From positions 961,608-1,025,607 of the forward strand of contig CAWBWI010000001.1 of assembly GCA_963792585.1 (NCBI GenBank): 64,000 bases of DNA, given 5' to 3'. The translations under genes were made by a program, and so were the position numbers. The DNA comes from Candidatus Eiseniibacteriota bacterium (lineage in GTDB: Bacteria; Eisenbacteria; RBG-16-71-46; CAIMUX01; VGJL01). The notes under the pieces are model-generated. The model had not been told where the DNA came from. It searched no databases and was given only the letters and a program-made list of their open reading frames with translations. This document shows, in pieces, positions 11,801 to 21,203 of this stretch; the first letter of the stretch is position 1; each line of letters begins with the position of its first letter.

Positions 11801-11995
11801 CCGACCGAGGTCGAGATCTTCGATCCGGCGGGCCGGAGGGTCCGTTCCTTCGACCCACTGATAGGCGCCGGTCCCCATGCGATCTCCTGGGACGGCCGGA
11901 ACGATGCGGGCATTCGAGTGGCCTCGGGATTCTATTGGCTGCGGACGGCGGGACCCGGCGGCTCCGAGAGGGCCCGCGTCGTGGTCGTCAGATGA
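8882..11995 (+). CDS. Single ORF: M42-family peptidase domain + hydrophobic segment + M1 aminopeptidase N-type domain + FlgD-Ig/T9SS-type C-terminal domain
   Basis: AGGAGG at 8871-8876, then an in-frame TTG at 8882. M42 part: CAHTDHPGF, RAEEDGLFGASA, GLALPLGNYHN..VVHVDDL (about 8882-9940). Hydrophobic segment LLGGLLIAGLIAGTATAG (about 9975-10030). M1 part: GAMENQTMIF, HEVAHQWFG and WLNEGFATYGE. C-terminus FPNPSRGPTTF..GFYWLRTAGPGG..VVVVR. No stop codon anywhere in this frame between the two peptidase domains. Confidence 0.7.
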   Translation: MATRREILRIAGVLASAPTVSYREHEALARIRRELDHAGIDYATDRYGNLLARYRGSRARGRSVAFCAHTDHPGFIVEASARRRAHARWIGGVQERYFPRARVRVETRTGPVRGRVVAYEKGPNGRVARIAITFDREVSPGAIGGWDLTPFAVEGSWIRTKSADDLLGCAAIVCMLKDLVATRPAIDAWGIFTRAEEDGLFGASALAASGVLPRECAFVSLETSRELPCGRLGQGVIVRVGDRMSVFDPAVSGGLLESAEELAKRDRRFRFQRGLMDGGSCEASAFQAFGYAAGGLALPLGNYHNMGEKRTAEEVVHVDDLVGMSRLLPVAAKRIASGRSPLAVLRAKLSKRLPAAKRELIASRNLLGGLLIAGLIAGTATAGPLSDRATPSPPKSGAARPMLEPRGMAEADPLAVYDALRYDISIRIDPPAESIQGSVTMLLRAETDIEAVPVDCGANLTVDSVAVDGSRASFSRPGPDELRIDLSGTLGTGDSVLVAIYYHGGSIPSPFTGFEFFSKHGEGTDEFPVVSTMSEPDFSHAWWPCKDRFDDKALASLTIDAPRGYVVAGFGLGTIEEDPVGDRRRTRWTTAYPITPYLVSFAASNYVSWTGIYTGEDLEPMPLVFYAYPEDSSKAAADWTTTSEAITAFESFFGRYPFRNPTIGVEKLGIVEFPWRSGAMENQTMIFMGEGFVSGDKTFDSVLAHEVAHQWFGDAVTPTSIDHIWLNEGFATYGEALFYEHRNGTAGYRDWMQHIRSPLDFEYRGPLVEPDESFGSTVYRKGGWLLHMLRGVLGDQDFFRALNTYYDRYEYANASTDDFVRAVEETAGSDLRWFFTPWLYGIGRPRIAWDWETDERGSANEVRLLISQTQDPIVYPRGAPQDGAPESFRFPLEVRMFAAGDSSSRTVFVGQRTAAFLIDDVPFRPDSIALDPDQWILREIAPRGAGLRPNAAVAFPNPSRGPTTFIVHVASGAPTEVEIFDPAGRRVRSFDPLIGAGPHAISWDGRNDAGIRVASGFYWLRTAGPGGSERARVVVVR

Positions 11996-11997
11996 AC

Positions 11998-12028
11998 AGG
12001 GGCCTGGTCGACATCGTCGGCGGCCCCT
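11998..12028 (+). terminator. Imperfect GC-rich hairpin just after the peptidase stop codon
   Basis: AGGGGCC (11998-12004) pairs with GGCCCCT (12022-12028), with inner CGAC/GTCG pairing. No U-tract. Confidence 0.25.
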
Positions 12029-12097
12029 CTCCCGCCGGACCGGTTGACGGCTCACAACCGACTCCGTACCGTGAGATTCCAGTCCAATGGAGGTGCG

Positions 12098-13081
12098 ATG
12101 CGTATCGGTGAACTCGAATTCAACCGCGGGATCTTCCTGGCGCCGATGGAGGACGTCAGCGAGCGGCCTTTCCGCCGCCTCTGCCGGCGCTTCGGCGCGG
12201 ATCTCGTGTATACCGAGTTCATCTCCTCGGAGGCCCTGATCCGCCGCGTCGCCGCCATGCACGGCAAGATGCGCCTGGCCGACGACGAGCACCCGGTCGG
12301 CATCCAGCTCTACGGCAACCGGGAAGAGGCCCTGGTCGAGGCGGCCCACATCAGCGAGGAAGCCGGTCCCGATCTGATCGACATCAACTTCGGTTGTCCC
12401 GCCAAGAAGGTCGCCTGCAAGGGGGCGGGCGCAGGCATGCTCCGCGAACCCGACCGCCTGGTCGAACTGGCCGCAGCCGTCGTTCGCGCGGTGAGACTCC
12501 CGGTGACGGTCAAGACCCGGCTCGGTTGGGACTCCGGGTCGATCGTGATCGCCGACCTGGCCCGCCGGTTGGAGGATGTCGGCGTCGCGGCGATCGCCAT
12601 CCATGCCCGCACACGGCAACAGGCGTTCAAGGGAGATGCGGACTGGAGTTGGATCGCGCAGGTCAAGCAGGCGGTCTCGATCCCCGTCATCGGGAACGGG
12701 GACGTCCGGTCTCCGCAAGATGTGGCGCGGATGTTCGAGACGACCGGCTGCGACGCGGTGATGATCGGTCGGGGGGCGATCGGGCACCCGTGGCTTTTCG
12801 AGCGGGCGAAGGCGTTTCTGGCGACCGGTGTCGATCCCGGCCCGCCGCCGATGCGCGAGCAGGTCGAGGTCTACTACGACTTCCTCGCCGATTCCATCGC
12901 GGAGAAGGGCGAGCGAAAGGGATTGCTCGAGTCGCGCCGCCAGCTGAGCACGATCCTCAAAGGGCTCCCCCATGTCGCCGAGGTTCGCAGCGCGGCGATG
13001 CGGGAGACGACCGTCGAGGGAATCCGCGAACTGCTCGATCGGTTCCTCGAGGAGCAGGCTGAGGCGGAGGTTCGGGTGTGA
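12098..13081 (+). CDS. dus: tRNA-dihydrouridine synthase
   Basis: MRIGELEFNRGIFLAPMEDVSERPFRRLCRRFGADLVYTEFISSEAL..IDINFGCPAKKV..VTVKTRLGWD..IAIHARTRQQ: typical Dus TIM-barrel motifs. The start is taken at the internal ATG of ORF 12044..13081. Confidence 0.85.
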   Translation: MRIGELEFNRGIFLAPMEDVSERPFRRLCRRFGADLVYTEFISSEALIRRVAAMHGKMRLADDEHPVGIQLYGNREEALVEAAHISEEAGPDLIDINFGCPAKKVACKGAGAGMLREPDRLVELAAAVVRAVRLPVTVKTRLGWDSGSIVIADLARRLEDVGVAAIAIHARTRQQAFKGDADWSWIAQVKQAVSIPVIGNGDVRSPQDVARMFETTGCDAVMIGRGAIGHPWLFERAKAFLATGVDPGPPPMREQVEVYYDFLADSIAEKGERKGLLESRRQLSTILKGLPHVAEVRSAAMRETTVEGIRELLDRFLEEQAEAEVRV

Positions 13082-13482
13082 TCCCCCGCGCTTGGCCGCG
13101 AGCTTGGGAGCCGTTGGTCGCGGCGGCGGCCGCTGCGCTTCCCCATGCCCGGAGCCGTCCCCGGCGCGCGGCCGCGATCCTCGACGCTGACGGAGGGGTC
13201 CACTGCGGGGTTTCGATCCAGGCGATCCACCCACCCGGAGCTTCCGTCTGCGCCGAACAGGTGGCCGTCGCCTCGATGTGCGCGGATGGCGCGCGTGCCC
13301 CGATCCGACTGGTTGTGCTCTCCCCTCGGGTTCCGGAGCGGCCGTGCGGTCGCTGTCTTCAGTTCCTGCTGGAGTTCAGCGAATCGGTCGAGATCCGTTG
13401 GGGCACTCCGGGGCACGAGCACGGACGATCGACCGTCGAACGTCTCCTTCCGCTGGCCTTCCGCGACTATCGGGGTGTCTGA
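13078..13482 (+). CDS. cdd: Cytidine deaminase
   Basis: Zinc-ligand motifs CAEQVA and PCGRCLQF. 134 aa. GTG start overlaps the dus stop (GTGA). Confidence 0.75.
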   Translation: MIPRAWPRAWEPLVAAAAAALPHARSRPRRAAAILDADGGVHCGVSIQAIHPPGASVCAEQVAVASMCADGARAPIRLVVLSPRVPERPCGRCLQFLLEFSESVEIRWGTPGHEHGRSTVERLLPLAFRDYRGV

Positions 13483-14261
13483 TGCCGCCCGATTCATCCG
13501 GAGGCTTCACCCCTCTGTCCGCGAAGTTCCGTGAGGAAGCCGTCTCCGCCGCGAGTTGGCTGGCCGAGCACGAGGGACAATCCCCCCCCGAATCCGTGGG
13601 GCAAACCGTGCGGGCTCTGGCCGGATGCATCGACGAGACGCTCCTGGCGCCGACCGCCACCCCCAGCGCCATCGTCATGCTCTGTGCGGGAGCCCGCGAC
13701 TCGGCCTTCGCTGCGGTCTGCGTCTCCCCCATCCATGTCGCCCTCGCGGCCAGGGAGCTCGCCGGAACCCGTGTCGCTGTCGCCACGGTGGTCGGCTTCC
13801 CCAGCGGCGCCCACCGATCGGAAGTCAAAGCGGCCGAAGCGGCCCGGGCGGTTGAGGACGGCGCCCTGGAGATCGACATGGTGATTCCCATTGGACTCCT
13901 GAAGGCCCGGATGGATGATGCGGTTCGGGCCGACATCGCCGCCGTCGTCAAGGCCTCGTCCGGACGGACGGTGAAGGTCATCCTCGAGACCGCCGCCCTC
14001 GAGGACGAGGAGAAGGTCCGAGGCGTTCACCTCGCCCGCGAGGCCGGCGCGATCTTCGTCAAGACATCGACCGGCTTCGGGCCCGGCGGCGCGACGGAGG
14101 CCGACGTCGCCATCCTGCGCCGCGAGGCGGGCCTCATCATGGGCGTCAAGGCGTCCGGCGGCATCCGCACCGCGGTCGCCGCGCTCCGCATGGTGGGCGC
14201 CGGGGCCGATCGGATCGGTACCAGTTCGGGCGGCGCGATTCTTGCGGCCGTCCGCTCTTGA
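13482..14261 (+). CDS. deoC: Deoxyribose-phosphate aldolase
   Basis: VATVVGFPSGAH, LEIDMVIPIG, VKVILETAAL and the Schiff-base lysine context IFVKTSTGFGPGGAT. ATG overlaps the cdd stop by 1 nt (TGATG). Confidence 0.85.
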   Translation: MPPDSSGGFTPLSAKFREEAVSAASWLAEHEGQSPPESVGQTVRALAGCIDETLLAPTATPSAIVMLCAGARDSAFAAVCVSPIHVALAARELAGTRVAVATVVGFPSGAHRSEVKAAEAARAVEDGALEIDMVIPIGLLKARMDDAVRADIAAVVKASSGRTVKVILETAALEDEEKVRGVHLAREAGAIFVKTSTGFGPGGATEADVAILRREAGLIMGVKASGGIRTAVAALRMVGAGADRIGTSSGGAILAAVRS

Positions 14262-14289
14262 TCGAACTTTTCTCATGCCCGCTTTCGGC

Positions 14290-14319
14290 TTGACCCTTCC
14301 TCGGACCCGCTGGTAGCTT
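14290..14319 (+). promoter_or_regulatory. Candidate sigma70-type promoter (TTGACC - 18 nt - TGgTAGCTT)
   Basis: -35-like TTGACC at 14290-14295 and extended -10-like TGGTAGCTT ending at 14319, about 30 nt upstream of the 14352 start. Motif match only. Confidence 0.3.
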
Positions 14320-14351
14320 TCCCCGCGATTGGCAGAACGTCAGACGAGGGA

Positions 14352-17273
14352 ATGAAGAAGAGAAGACTGGCCGGTTGGTTCCGCGATTCGCGCCTTCCAC
14401 ATCGAGCGGGAGGCGTCTGTTTGCTTCATCTGTTCCTCCTCTCATTGCTCGCCTTCGCGGTCACGGCGAAGGGTGCGGGCAGGATCGAGGGACGTATCCT
14501 CGACGCCGAGAACGGCAAGCCCCTCGCCTACGCAAACGTGGTCCTCCTCGGCACCGCCAAGGGGGCGATGAGCCAAGCCGACGGCGGATTCGCCATCACC
14601 CCCCTCGATGCCGGCAGCTACGAGTTGCAGGTCAGCTTCGTCGGCTACGAGACCGTCAAGCAAACCGTCCAGCTCGAGGAAGGCCAGACGCTGACCGTCA
14701 CATTCCGCTTGAAGTCCTCCGCCGTGAGGACCCGGGAGGTGACGATCAAGGCGGATCGTCCCCTCGTCGACGTCAAGCGCGCCTCCACCATTCGCACGTA
14801 CGACGAGTCGGAGCTCAAGGCGCTCGCCAGTCAGCCGACGCTCGACAGCGTGGTCGAGCAGCAACCGGGGGTCACCAAGGACAACGATCAGATCCACATC
14901 CGCGGCGGACGCGCCGACGAGACGCTCTACATCGTCGACGGCGTGAAACAACGCGACCTGCTCTCCGGCGATTCCAAGGGTTCGACGATCGGATCGCGGT
15001 CGGTCGCCGAGGTAAACATCATCACCGGAGGATTCGACGCGAAATACGGCCAGGCGCTGTCGGGGATCGTCGAGGCGAAGCTGAAGGAGGGAACCGAGCA
15101 GTTCCACGGCTACTTCGGATACTCAACCGATCGCGGGATCGACGACCAGACGGTCGATCTCTTCGATTTCCAGATCTCGGGCCCACTCCAGGTGATGCCG
15201 CGCGTCGCGAAGCTTCTGGGCGCGGATGACGGCGGAAAGATGAAGTTCTTCCTCGACGTCTCCGCCGATCTGAGCAACGGATGGCTTCCTTCGATCCGCG
15301 ACCTCCCGGGCGACAAGAAGCTGCACTCTTCGTATAGCGATCGGATGTTCGGGAACCGCTACCGGTACGAGAACTTCTTCTACCCCCGCGCGAACAACGA
15401 TTGGAGGCTTCTCTTCAAGACGAGCTGGCGCGCGACGACATCGGACAAGTTCGATCTCTCGTTCACGAAGAGCTTGAGCTTCGATCAAGGTTTCGGACAG
15501 GCGGACATCGCCGACATCAACCGCAACGAGATCAGCTACCCGTGGAACTGGGCGAATCGACTCGACCACTACTACACCGACAGCCAGGATCAGAACGCGT
15601 TCTCATTCGTATGGAACAAGGGCGTGACGCGCAATCTCGTGAGCGCCATGACCCTCACTCGATTCTTCACATCGAGCCACAGGGACGTGGCGGGCAAGCT
15701 GTGGACCGGCTACGACGCGCGCACCGACACCGACGCTCCCGACGAGAACGTGTCCCCCTATTTCCGGGACGTCGGGGACGCCTCCGACTACCGCGATCGG
15801 TTCGTGGAGACCCTGAGCCTCTCCAACGACTGGTCCTTCACGCGCAACCGTCACAAGTTCGATTGGGGCTGGGGCCACCAGCTCGAGAACGTCCAGTACC
15901 TCACCCTGACGGCAACCACCATCGATCTTCCCGACAAGCCTCTCGGCGACGAGTTCGACCTCTTCCACGTCCACCCATCTTCGGGGGCGATGTACGTGCA
16001 GGATCGGCTCGAGTACGAGAGCCTGATCGCCGGGATCGGCCTGCGCTACGACTACTGGTTCCCGGGCAAGGAAGTCGAGGACCTCTTCGACAACTGGCAG
16101 ACGCTGAACCGGCCGACCATCAATGCCGCAACACGTGAGGAGTTCATCGGGGACACCCACGGGCTGTTCGGCCGACGATTCAAGGGACATCTCTCTCCGA
16201 GGCTCCAGATCAGCCATCCGATCACGGCACACGACAACCTATTCTTCAACTATGGCCACTTCACGCAGCGTCCCGCCTACTTCTACGTCTTCGCGAAGTC
16301 GAGTTCGCAGTCGTCCGAGGAGTTCCCGCGCATCGGGAATCCGAATCTCAACCCCGAGATTTCCGTGCAGTACGAGCTGGGCGGGGGCCATCAGTTCAAA
16401 CCCGATCTCGCCACGAAGCTCTCCCTCTTCTACAAGGACATCTACGACTACCCGACCTCGACGACCCTCGTTCTCAAGGAACGCCGGACGAGCCGATCGA
16501 ATTTCTTCATCTATCGAAACCTGGACTACGCACGCTCCACGGGATTCGAGATGGAGCTGCGCAAGCGTCGGCTTGGGCACTGGAGCGGGGCGGTCGCTTA
16601 TACATATTCCGTGGCCAAGGGAAAGAGCTCCGACCCGAACAACCTGAAGCTCGTTCAGGAGAGCGGCGGTGACGCCCGGGAAACGGATCTTGGCGAGATG
16701 TTCATGTGGTGGAATCGGCCGCACAAGTTCACGATCTGGTATTCCTGCGCTTCCGAGCGCGGCGACAGGATGCGGCTGTTCGGAAGGCGCCTGCCGGACG
16801 ACTGGAACCTGAGCGTCTACACGCTCGTCCAGTCGGGGCGCGCCTACACGCCGACCAACAGCTTCGGGGACAAGACCGGGCAAGACTACTCGAAGAACGG
16901 TCCTTTCGAGACGACGACCAACCTGAAGCTCCGGAAGGGATTCCGCCCGTTCGGCCTCAACATGGAGGCGACCCTCGAGGTCTTCAACCTCTTCAACCGG
17001 CGGACTGCGTTGTCGGTCGACCCGGCCACCGGCAAGCTCTGGAAGCCGGGCAAGGGATCCCTCAACTCGGCCTACGAGAATCCTGCGAACCTGAAGCTCT
17101 CGGATGAGGATCTGATCGAGGCCACCGGAGCCAGCGTCGGCGCCGATCAGTCGATCGAAGAGGTGGCCGCGGGGATCCGATCCACGATCCAGGCCACCGT
17201 CGATCGATATGCGAACCCGTCGTACCGGGCCGCGCCACGGGCCGTGCGCGTCGGCGTGGGGGTCGAATGGTGA
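14352..17273 (+). CDS. TonB-dependent-receptor-like outer-membrane barrel with CarboxypepD_reg-like N-domain
   Basis: 973 aa with a signal peptide. GRIEGRILDAENGKPLAYANVVLLGT..GGFAITPLDAGSYELQVSFVGYE is the carboxypeptidase-regulatory-like fold. Plug-like IHIRGGRADETLYIVDGV. Long Y/G/N/D-rich barrel region ending in an aromatic residue (..VRVGVGVEW). Confidence 0.8.
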   Translation: MKKRRLAGWFRDSRLPHRAGGVCLLHLFLLSLLAFAVTAKGAGRIEGRILDAENGKPLAYANVVLLGTAKGAMSQADGGFAITPLDAGSYELQVSFVGYETVKQTVQLEEGQTLTVTFRLKSSAVRTREVTIKADRPLVDVKRASTIRTYDESELKALASQPTLDSVVEQQPGVTKDNDQIHIRGGRADETLYIVDGVKQRDLLSGDSKGSTIGSRSVAEVNIITGGFDAKYGQALSGIVEAKLKEGTEQFHGYFGYSTDRGIDDQTVDLFDFQISGPLQVMPRVAKLLGADDGGKMKFFLDVSADLSNGWLPSIRDLPGDKKLHSSYSDRMFGNRYRYENFFYPRANNDWRLLFKTSWRATTSDKFDLSFTKSLSFDQGFGQADIADINRNEISYPWNWANRLDHYYTDSQDQNAFSFVWNKGVTRNLVSAMTLTRFFTSSHRDVAGKLWTGYDARTDTDAPDENVSPYFRDVGDASDYRDRFVETLSLSNDWSFTRNRHKFDWGWGHQLENVQYLTLTATTIDLPDKPLGDEFDLFHVHPSSGAMYVQDRLEYESLIAGIGLRYDYWFPGKEVEDLFDNWQTLNRPTINAATREEFIGDTHGLFGRRFKGHLSPRLQISHPITAHDNLFFNYGHFTQRPAYFYVFAKSSSQSSEEFPRIGNPNLNPEISVQYELGGGHQFKPDLATKLSLFYKDIYDYPTSTTLVLKERRTSRSNFFIYRNLDYARSTGFEMELRKRRLGHWSGAVAYTYSVAKGKSSDPNNLKLVQESGGDARETDLGEMFMWWNRPHKFTIWYSCASERGDRMRLFGRRLPDDWNLSVYTLVQSGRAYTPTNSFGDKTGQDYSKNGPFETTTNLKLRKGFRPFGLNMEATLEVFNLFNRRTALSVDPATGKLWKPGKGSLNSAYENPANLKLSDEDLIEATGASVGADQSIEEVAAGIRSTIQATVDRYANPSYRAAPRAVRVGVGVEW

Positions 17274-18268
17274 CCCGTCGCATCTCGGTCCTCCACCTGC
17301 TGCTCGGACTCGCCGCCATCAGCGCGTCCGCCGCCAACGCCCAGACGAGCCTGGGCGGCCAGCGCGCAGGAACATCCAGCGGAACATTCCTCAAGATCGG
17401 CGTCGACGCCCGCGGAGTCGCCCTCGGGGGCGCCTACGTCGCCCTCGTCGAAGGGCCGTTCGCACCATTCTACAATCCGGCGGGTATCTCCAAGATGCGC
17501 GACCCCGCCGGAGCATTCAGCTATGCCCGCTGGCCGGCCGACATCAGCGTCTTCGCATTCTCCTTCGGCCGCCCGTGGGGGGACGCAGGCTCCGCCCTCG
17601 CCGTGTCCGCCGAGTATGTGGGAACCTCGCTGGACGAAACCGACGAATACCATCCCCTGGGGACCGGTCGCACCTTTTCCTATAGCGATCTCCTGCTCGG
17701 ATTCAGTGCCGCGCGTCCGTTCACCGACCGCTTGTCGATCGGCGTCTCGACGAAGTTCTTCCGTGAGGACCTCGGATCCGGGGTCGGCGGACCGGTCACC
17801 CAGAGCTGGCTCGTCGACGCGGGGACTTGTTATCTGATCGGGGCGTTGAATGGTCGGCTCGCCATCAGCCTTCTGAACTTCGGACCCGACCTCAAGCCGG
17901 AAGGATCGTTCTACAGCGTCGTGCGCCAGGATCAGGTCGACTACGCAAGCTTCTCGGCCCCGACGAGTTTCCGGATCGGCCTCTCCCTCGAGCCGTATCA
18001 CCGCGGCCCGCACGGTCTGCTCCTGGCGAGCGAGGTCGTTCACGTCGCCGACAATCAGGAATCGTTCCGCGGAGGCCTCGAGTACTCCTACCAGGGGCGC
18101 TATTACGCACGCGCCGGGATGGATCCGGGCGCGGACGCGGCGAAGTTCTCCGCCGGCCTGGGTCTCTCGATCCCCCTCGCGGGCTCGAACCTGAAGATCG
18201 ACTATGCCTACACGGACGGGGGCCCCCTTCTGGCGATCCATCGCTGGTCGGTGGTGATGCCGTTCTGA
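17267..18268 (+). CDS. PorV/PorQ-family (FadL-like) outer-membrane beta-barrel protein
   Basis: 333 aa with a signal peptide ending SASAANA. N-terminal motif FLKIGVDARGVALGGAYVALVEGPFAPFYNPAGIS. Terminal ..HRWSVVMPF. ATG overlaps the upstream stop by 7 nt (ATGGTGA). Confidence 0.65.
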   Translation: MVTRRISVLHLLLGLAAISASAANAQTSLGGQRAGTSSGTFLKIGVDARGVALGGAYVALVEGPFAPFYNPAGISKMRDPAGAFSYARWPADISVFAFSFGRPWGDAGSALAVSAEYVGTSLDETDEYHPLGTGRTFSYSDLLLGFSAARPFTDRLSIGVSTKFFREDLGSGVGGPVTQSWLVDAGTCYLIGALNGRLAISLLNFGPDLKPEGSFYSVVRQDQVDYASFSAPTSFRIGLSLEPYHRGPHGLLLASEVVHVADNQESFRGGLEYSYQGRYYARAGMDPGADAAKFSAGLGLSIPLAGSNLKIDYAYTDGGPLLAIHRWSVVMPF

Positions 18269-18276
18269 GGTACGGG

Positions 18277-19230
18277 ATGGGAAGGATGCGGGAGCGGATC
18301 CTGGGGATCATGGCCGCCGTCGTGGTGCTCGCCGGTTGCGGTCAGAAGTTCACCCTTCCGCCACAACCCGAGCCCGGCCGGATTCCGACCCCCGGAACCT
18401 ACAACCTCGACAAGGTCTGGCACCTTCCGTCACCGACCGACGTGGTCCTGCGCGGCAGCTACCTCTTCGTGATCGAGGAGCATGCGCGGGTGAACGTCTA
18501 CCTGAGCCGCCAGAAGGAGCCGGTCCATCCGAGTTTCATCGGGACCTTCGATGGTCTGACCCGACCGATCCAGCTCTGCCTCGCGAAGCGGGACTCGACA
18601 TTCCTCTTCGTGGCCGATGCCGCGGACATGACGATCAAGCGTTACTACTTCCGCGGGGGTCCTTCGCTCTTCAGCTTCACCGACACGTCGTGGACCTCCA
18701 TCGACGGGATCGCCGCGGACAGCGACCTGAACGTCTACGTCTCCTGTGCCGTCCGCGACAGCAGCGTGATCTACAAGTACAACGCCCTGGGCAAGAGGGT
18801 GCGGCTGATCTCCGGCGCCGGCACCGGTCAGGGGTTCTGCATCCGCCCGCACGGCCTGGCCTTCGTCAACAACTCCGTCTGGGTTTCCGACCCTGGCAAT
18901 TCCCGCGCGCAGCGTCTCCACTCAGATTCGACGAACGCCGCCTACCCCGGGAGGCCGATCGGCGCGGTGTTCCCGCTCGCGGAGCCGGTCGACGTCGCGA
19001 CGGATCCTGCGGGCCAGAGGATCTTCGTCGTGGAGGAACAGGGCGACCGCATCCTGCGATTCCAGCCGACGGGGGCGCTCGAGGACACCGTCTACACGCA
19101 GGCACGCAAGGAGACGATCGTCGATCCGCCCATCGACGCGCCCCGCTATATCGCCGCCGACGACAGCCTCGTATTCCTGCCCGATTCGGCGAACAACCGG
19201 ATCGTTGTCGTGAGGCTCACGAAACAATGA
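18277..19230 (+). CDS. Lipoprotein with six NHL-type beta-propeller blades
   Basis: Internal start MGRMRERILGIMAAVVVLAGC (lipobox) within ORF 17827..19230. Six repeats of a hydrophobic-V/F-V-D/E pattern: YLFVIEE, LFVADAAD, VYVSCAV, VWVSDPGNSR, IFVVEEQGDRILRF, LVFLPDSANNRIVVV. Confidence 0.65.
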   Translation: MGRMRERILGIMAAVVVLAGCGQKFTLPPQPEPGRIPTPGTYNLDKVWHLPSPTDVVLRGSYLFVIEEHARVNVYLSRQKEPVHPSFIGTFDGLTRPIQLCLAKRDSTFLFVADAADMTIKRYYFRGGPSLFSFTDTSWTSIDGIAADSDLNVYVSCAVRDSSVIYKYNALGKRVRLISGAGTGQGFCIRPHGLAFVNNSVWVSDPGNSRAQRLHSDSTNAAYPGRPIGAVFPLAEPVDVATDPAGQRIFVVEEQGDRILRFQPTGALEDTVYTQARKETIVDPPIDAPRYIAADDSLVFLPDSANNRIVVVRLTKQ

Positions 19231-21190
19231 GGCGCCCCATCACCATATTGACGTTCTGCGTCCTCTGGATCGCGGCGCTGCCGATCGCCCGAGCCGACGA
19301 CGACGGCCTTCGCGTCTACCTGAACGGCAAATGGCAGGCGCTCGACGCCGCCGCGCGGATCGACACGCTGATCTCCCTGCGCGTCACCTCCGGCAACAAC
19401 ATGGGACTCACGCTCTACAACACAGGCTTCGTCGGGACGAACCTCGCCGACCGCTCCCCGTCGATGGAGTTTCCGCTGCGGAGCACTCAGGAACATCTGG
19501 TCCGGGCCGGACTCTGGGTGGGGGGCTCACGACCAGCGAGCCGCCCGAGAGTCTGGTGTCGACCGCGACGATCGACGGATCCGTTGGGAGCTTCGATCCC
19601 AACTCGGTGAGCGAGTTCTTTCCTTCGGCGACCGAGATCCGGGAACGCTCGACGTTGCCGAACAGCCGCTACTTCAGCCCCGACGCCCGCAGCGAGCAGG
19701 ACTTTCAGCTCGCCTACTTCGACAGCCACCACCACACCAATCCGGAGCACCACCCTCTGGGGGTCAAGGTGGAGCTGGAGACCATGCTCTACAGCTTCGA
19801 GCCGTTCGACGCGATCGTGATCGCCAACTACAAGATCATCAATACCAAGCCCGACGATCCGATCTACAACCTCTATGTCGGCCTCTACTCGGAGATGGCC
19901 TCCGGCTGGAAGGATGGGCACGCCGAGTGGCCCCCGAGCGGTTGGTTCCGGAAGAAGGACATCGCCTACGTCGATTCGCTCCGCCTCGTGACCGAGCATC
20001 ACTACAACCTGGACAACGGCAACTGCCCGTCGTGGGGCGGCGCGCTCTTGCTCGGCACCCGGCCGAAGCCAATCGGCGAGATGACCGTCTCGTTCAACTG
20101 GTGGAACTGGGACCCGAACGGCAACCTCTCCGGGACCCCGCACGTCGACGCCGAGCGTTTCGCCACGATGAGCAACGGCTCGATCGACGCGACCGCCGGC
20201 CTCGAGGCGCCGAACAACGACCCGGTCACCCTCCTCTCGGTCGGCCCCTTCGAAGTGCTGGAGCCCGGTGACACGATCCAGGTCTCGTTCGCATTCGTCG
20301 GTGGCCAGCCTTCGCCCAGGGACGGCCGGAGCGCCGAGCAGGACATCGCCTTCAACGCTCAGTGGGCGCAGAAGGCATTCGACCTGAATTTCAACATCCC
20401 CGTTCCTCCCCCCTCCCCCACCATGCGGGTATTCCCGGGGCATGACCGCCTGACGCTGCGTTGGGCTCGATCCCCCGAGGACTTCCTCGATCCGAAGAGC
20501 CACCAGAAGGACTTCGAGGGCTACCGGATCTACGTGAGCGAGGAGAAGGAGGAGGAAGGCTTCCGGATGATCCGACAGGTCGACAAGGTGGACAGCCTCC
20601 TCGAGAACACCGGACTCGAGGCGGTGCGCGACCCGCAGACGATAGACGGCGTGGACTACGAGTACCGCTACGACATCGAGAGCCTGCGGGACGGGTTCAA
20701 GTACTGGACGACGATCACGTCCTTCGACACCGGCACGAACGAGGTCCCGCCCCTCGAGAGCGGCCTGGCGCAGGGCCGTACCTTCGCCATCCCCGGCGCG
20801 GGCACGAAGTTCGAGAACAAGGTGAAGGTCTTTCCGAACCCGTACCGAGGAGACGCCGTCTGGGACGGATCCCTGGCCCGCGACCGGTATCTCTGGTTCG
20901 TGAACTTGCCGAAACGCTGCACGATCCGGATCTACACCCTCTCGGGCGATCTGGTCGACACGATCCCGTTCGATGCGGCGACCTACAACGCGACGGAAAT
21001 CCGCGGCATCTTCGATCCGACCGACGTCCAGAACCCGGACAACGACGTCCCGGTGCTCTCCGGCGGCATGGCGGCATGGGACCTTGTCACACGCAACGAT
21101 CAGGGGATTGCCTCGGGGCTGTATATCTTCTCGGTCGAAGACCTCGAGACCGGCAAAACTCAGCTCGGCAAGTTCCTGGTCCTGAAGTAG
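19227..21190 (+). CDS. Large exported protein of unknown function with FN3-like region and extended FlgD-Ig/T9SS-type C-terminal domain; one frame break
   Basis: Signal peptide MRRPITILTFCVLWIAALPIARA (in ORF 18336..19610); ATGA overlap with the upstream stop. The reading continues in ORF 19331..21190 after the G6 run at 19520-19525. FEGYRIYVSEE. C-terminus KVFPNPYRGD..GLYIFSVEDLETGKTQLGKFLVLK. Confidence 0.6.
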
Positions 21191-21203
21191 GAATGGTTCA
21201 CCC

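Noticed and set aside
10679-13234. 851-aa minus-strand ORF
   Set aside because: It is antisense to the M1 peptidase, dus and cdd genes, which all carry diagnostic motifs. It has no recognisable motif and an Arg/Gly/Asp/Pro-biased composition.
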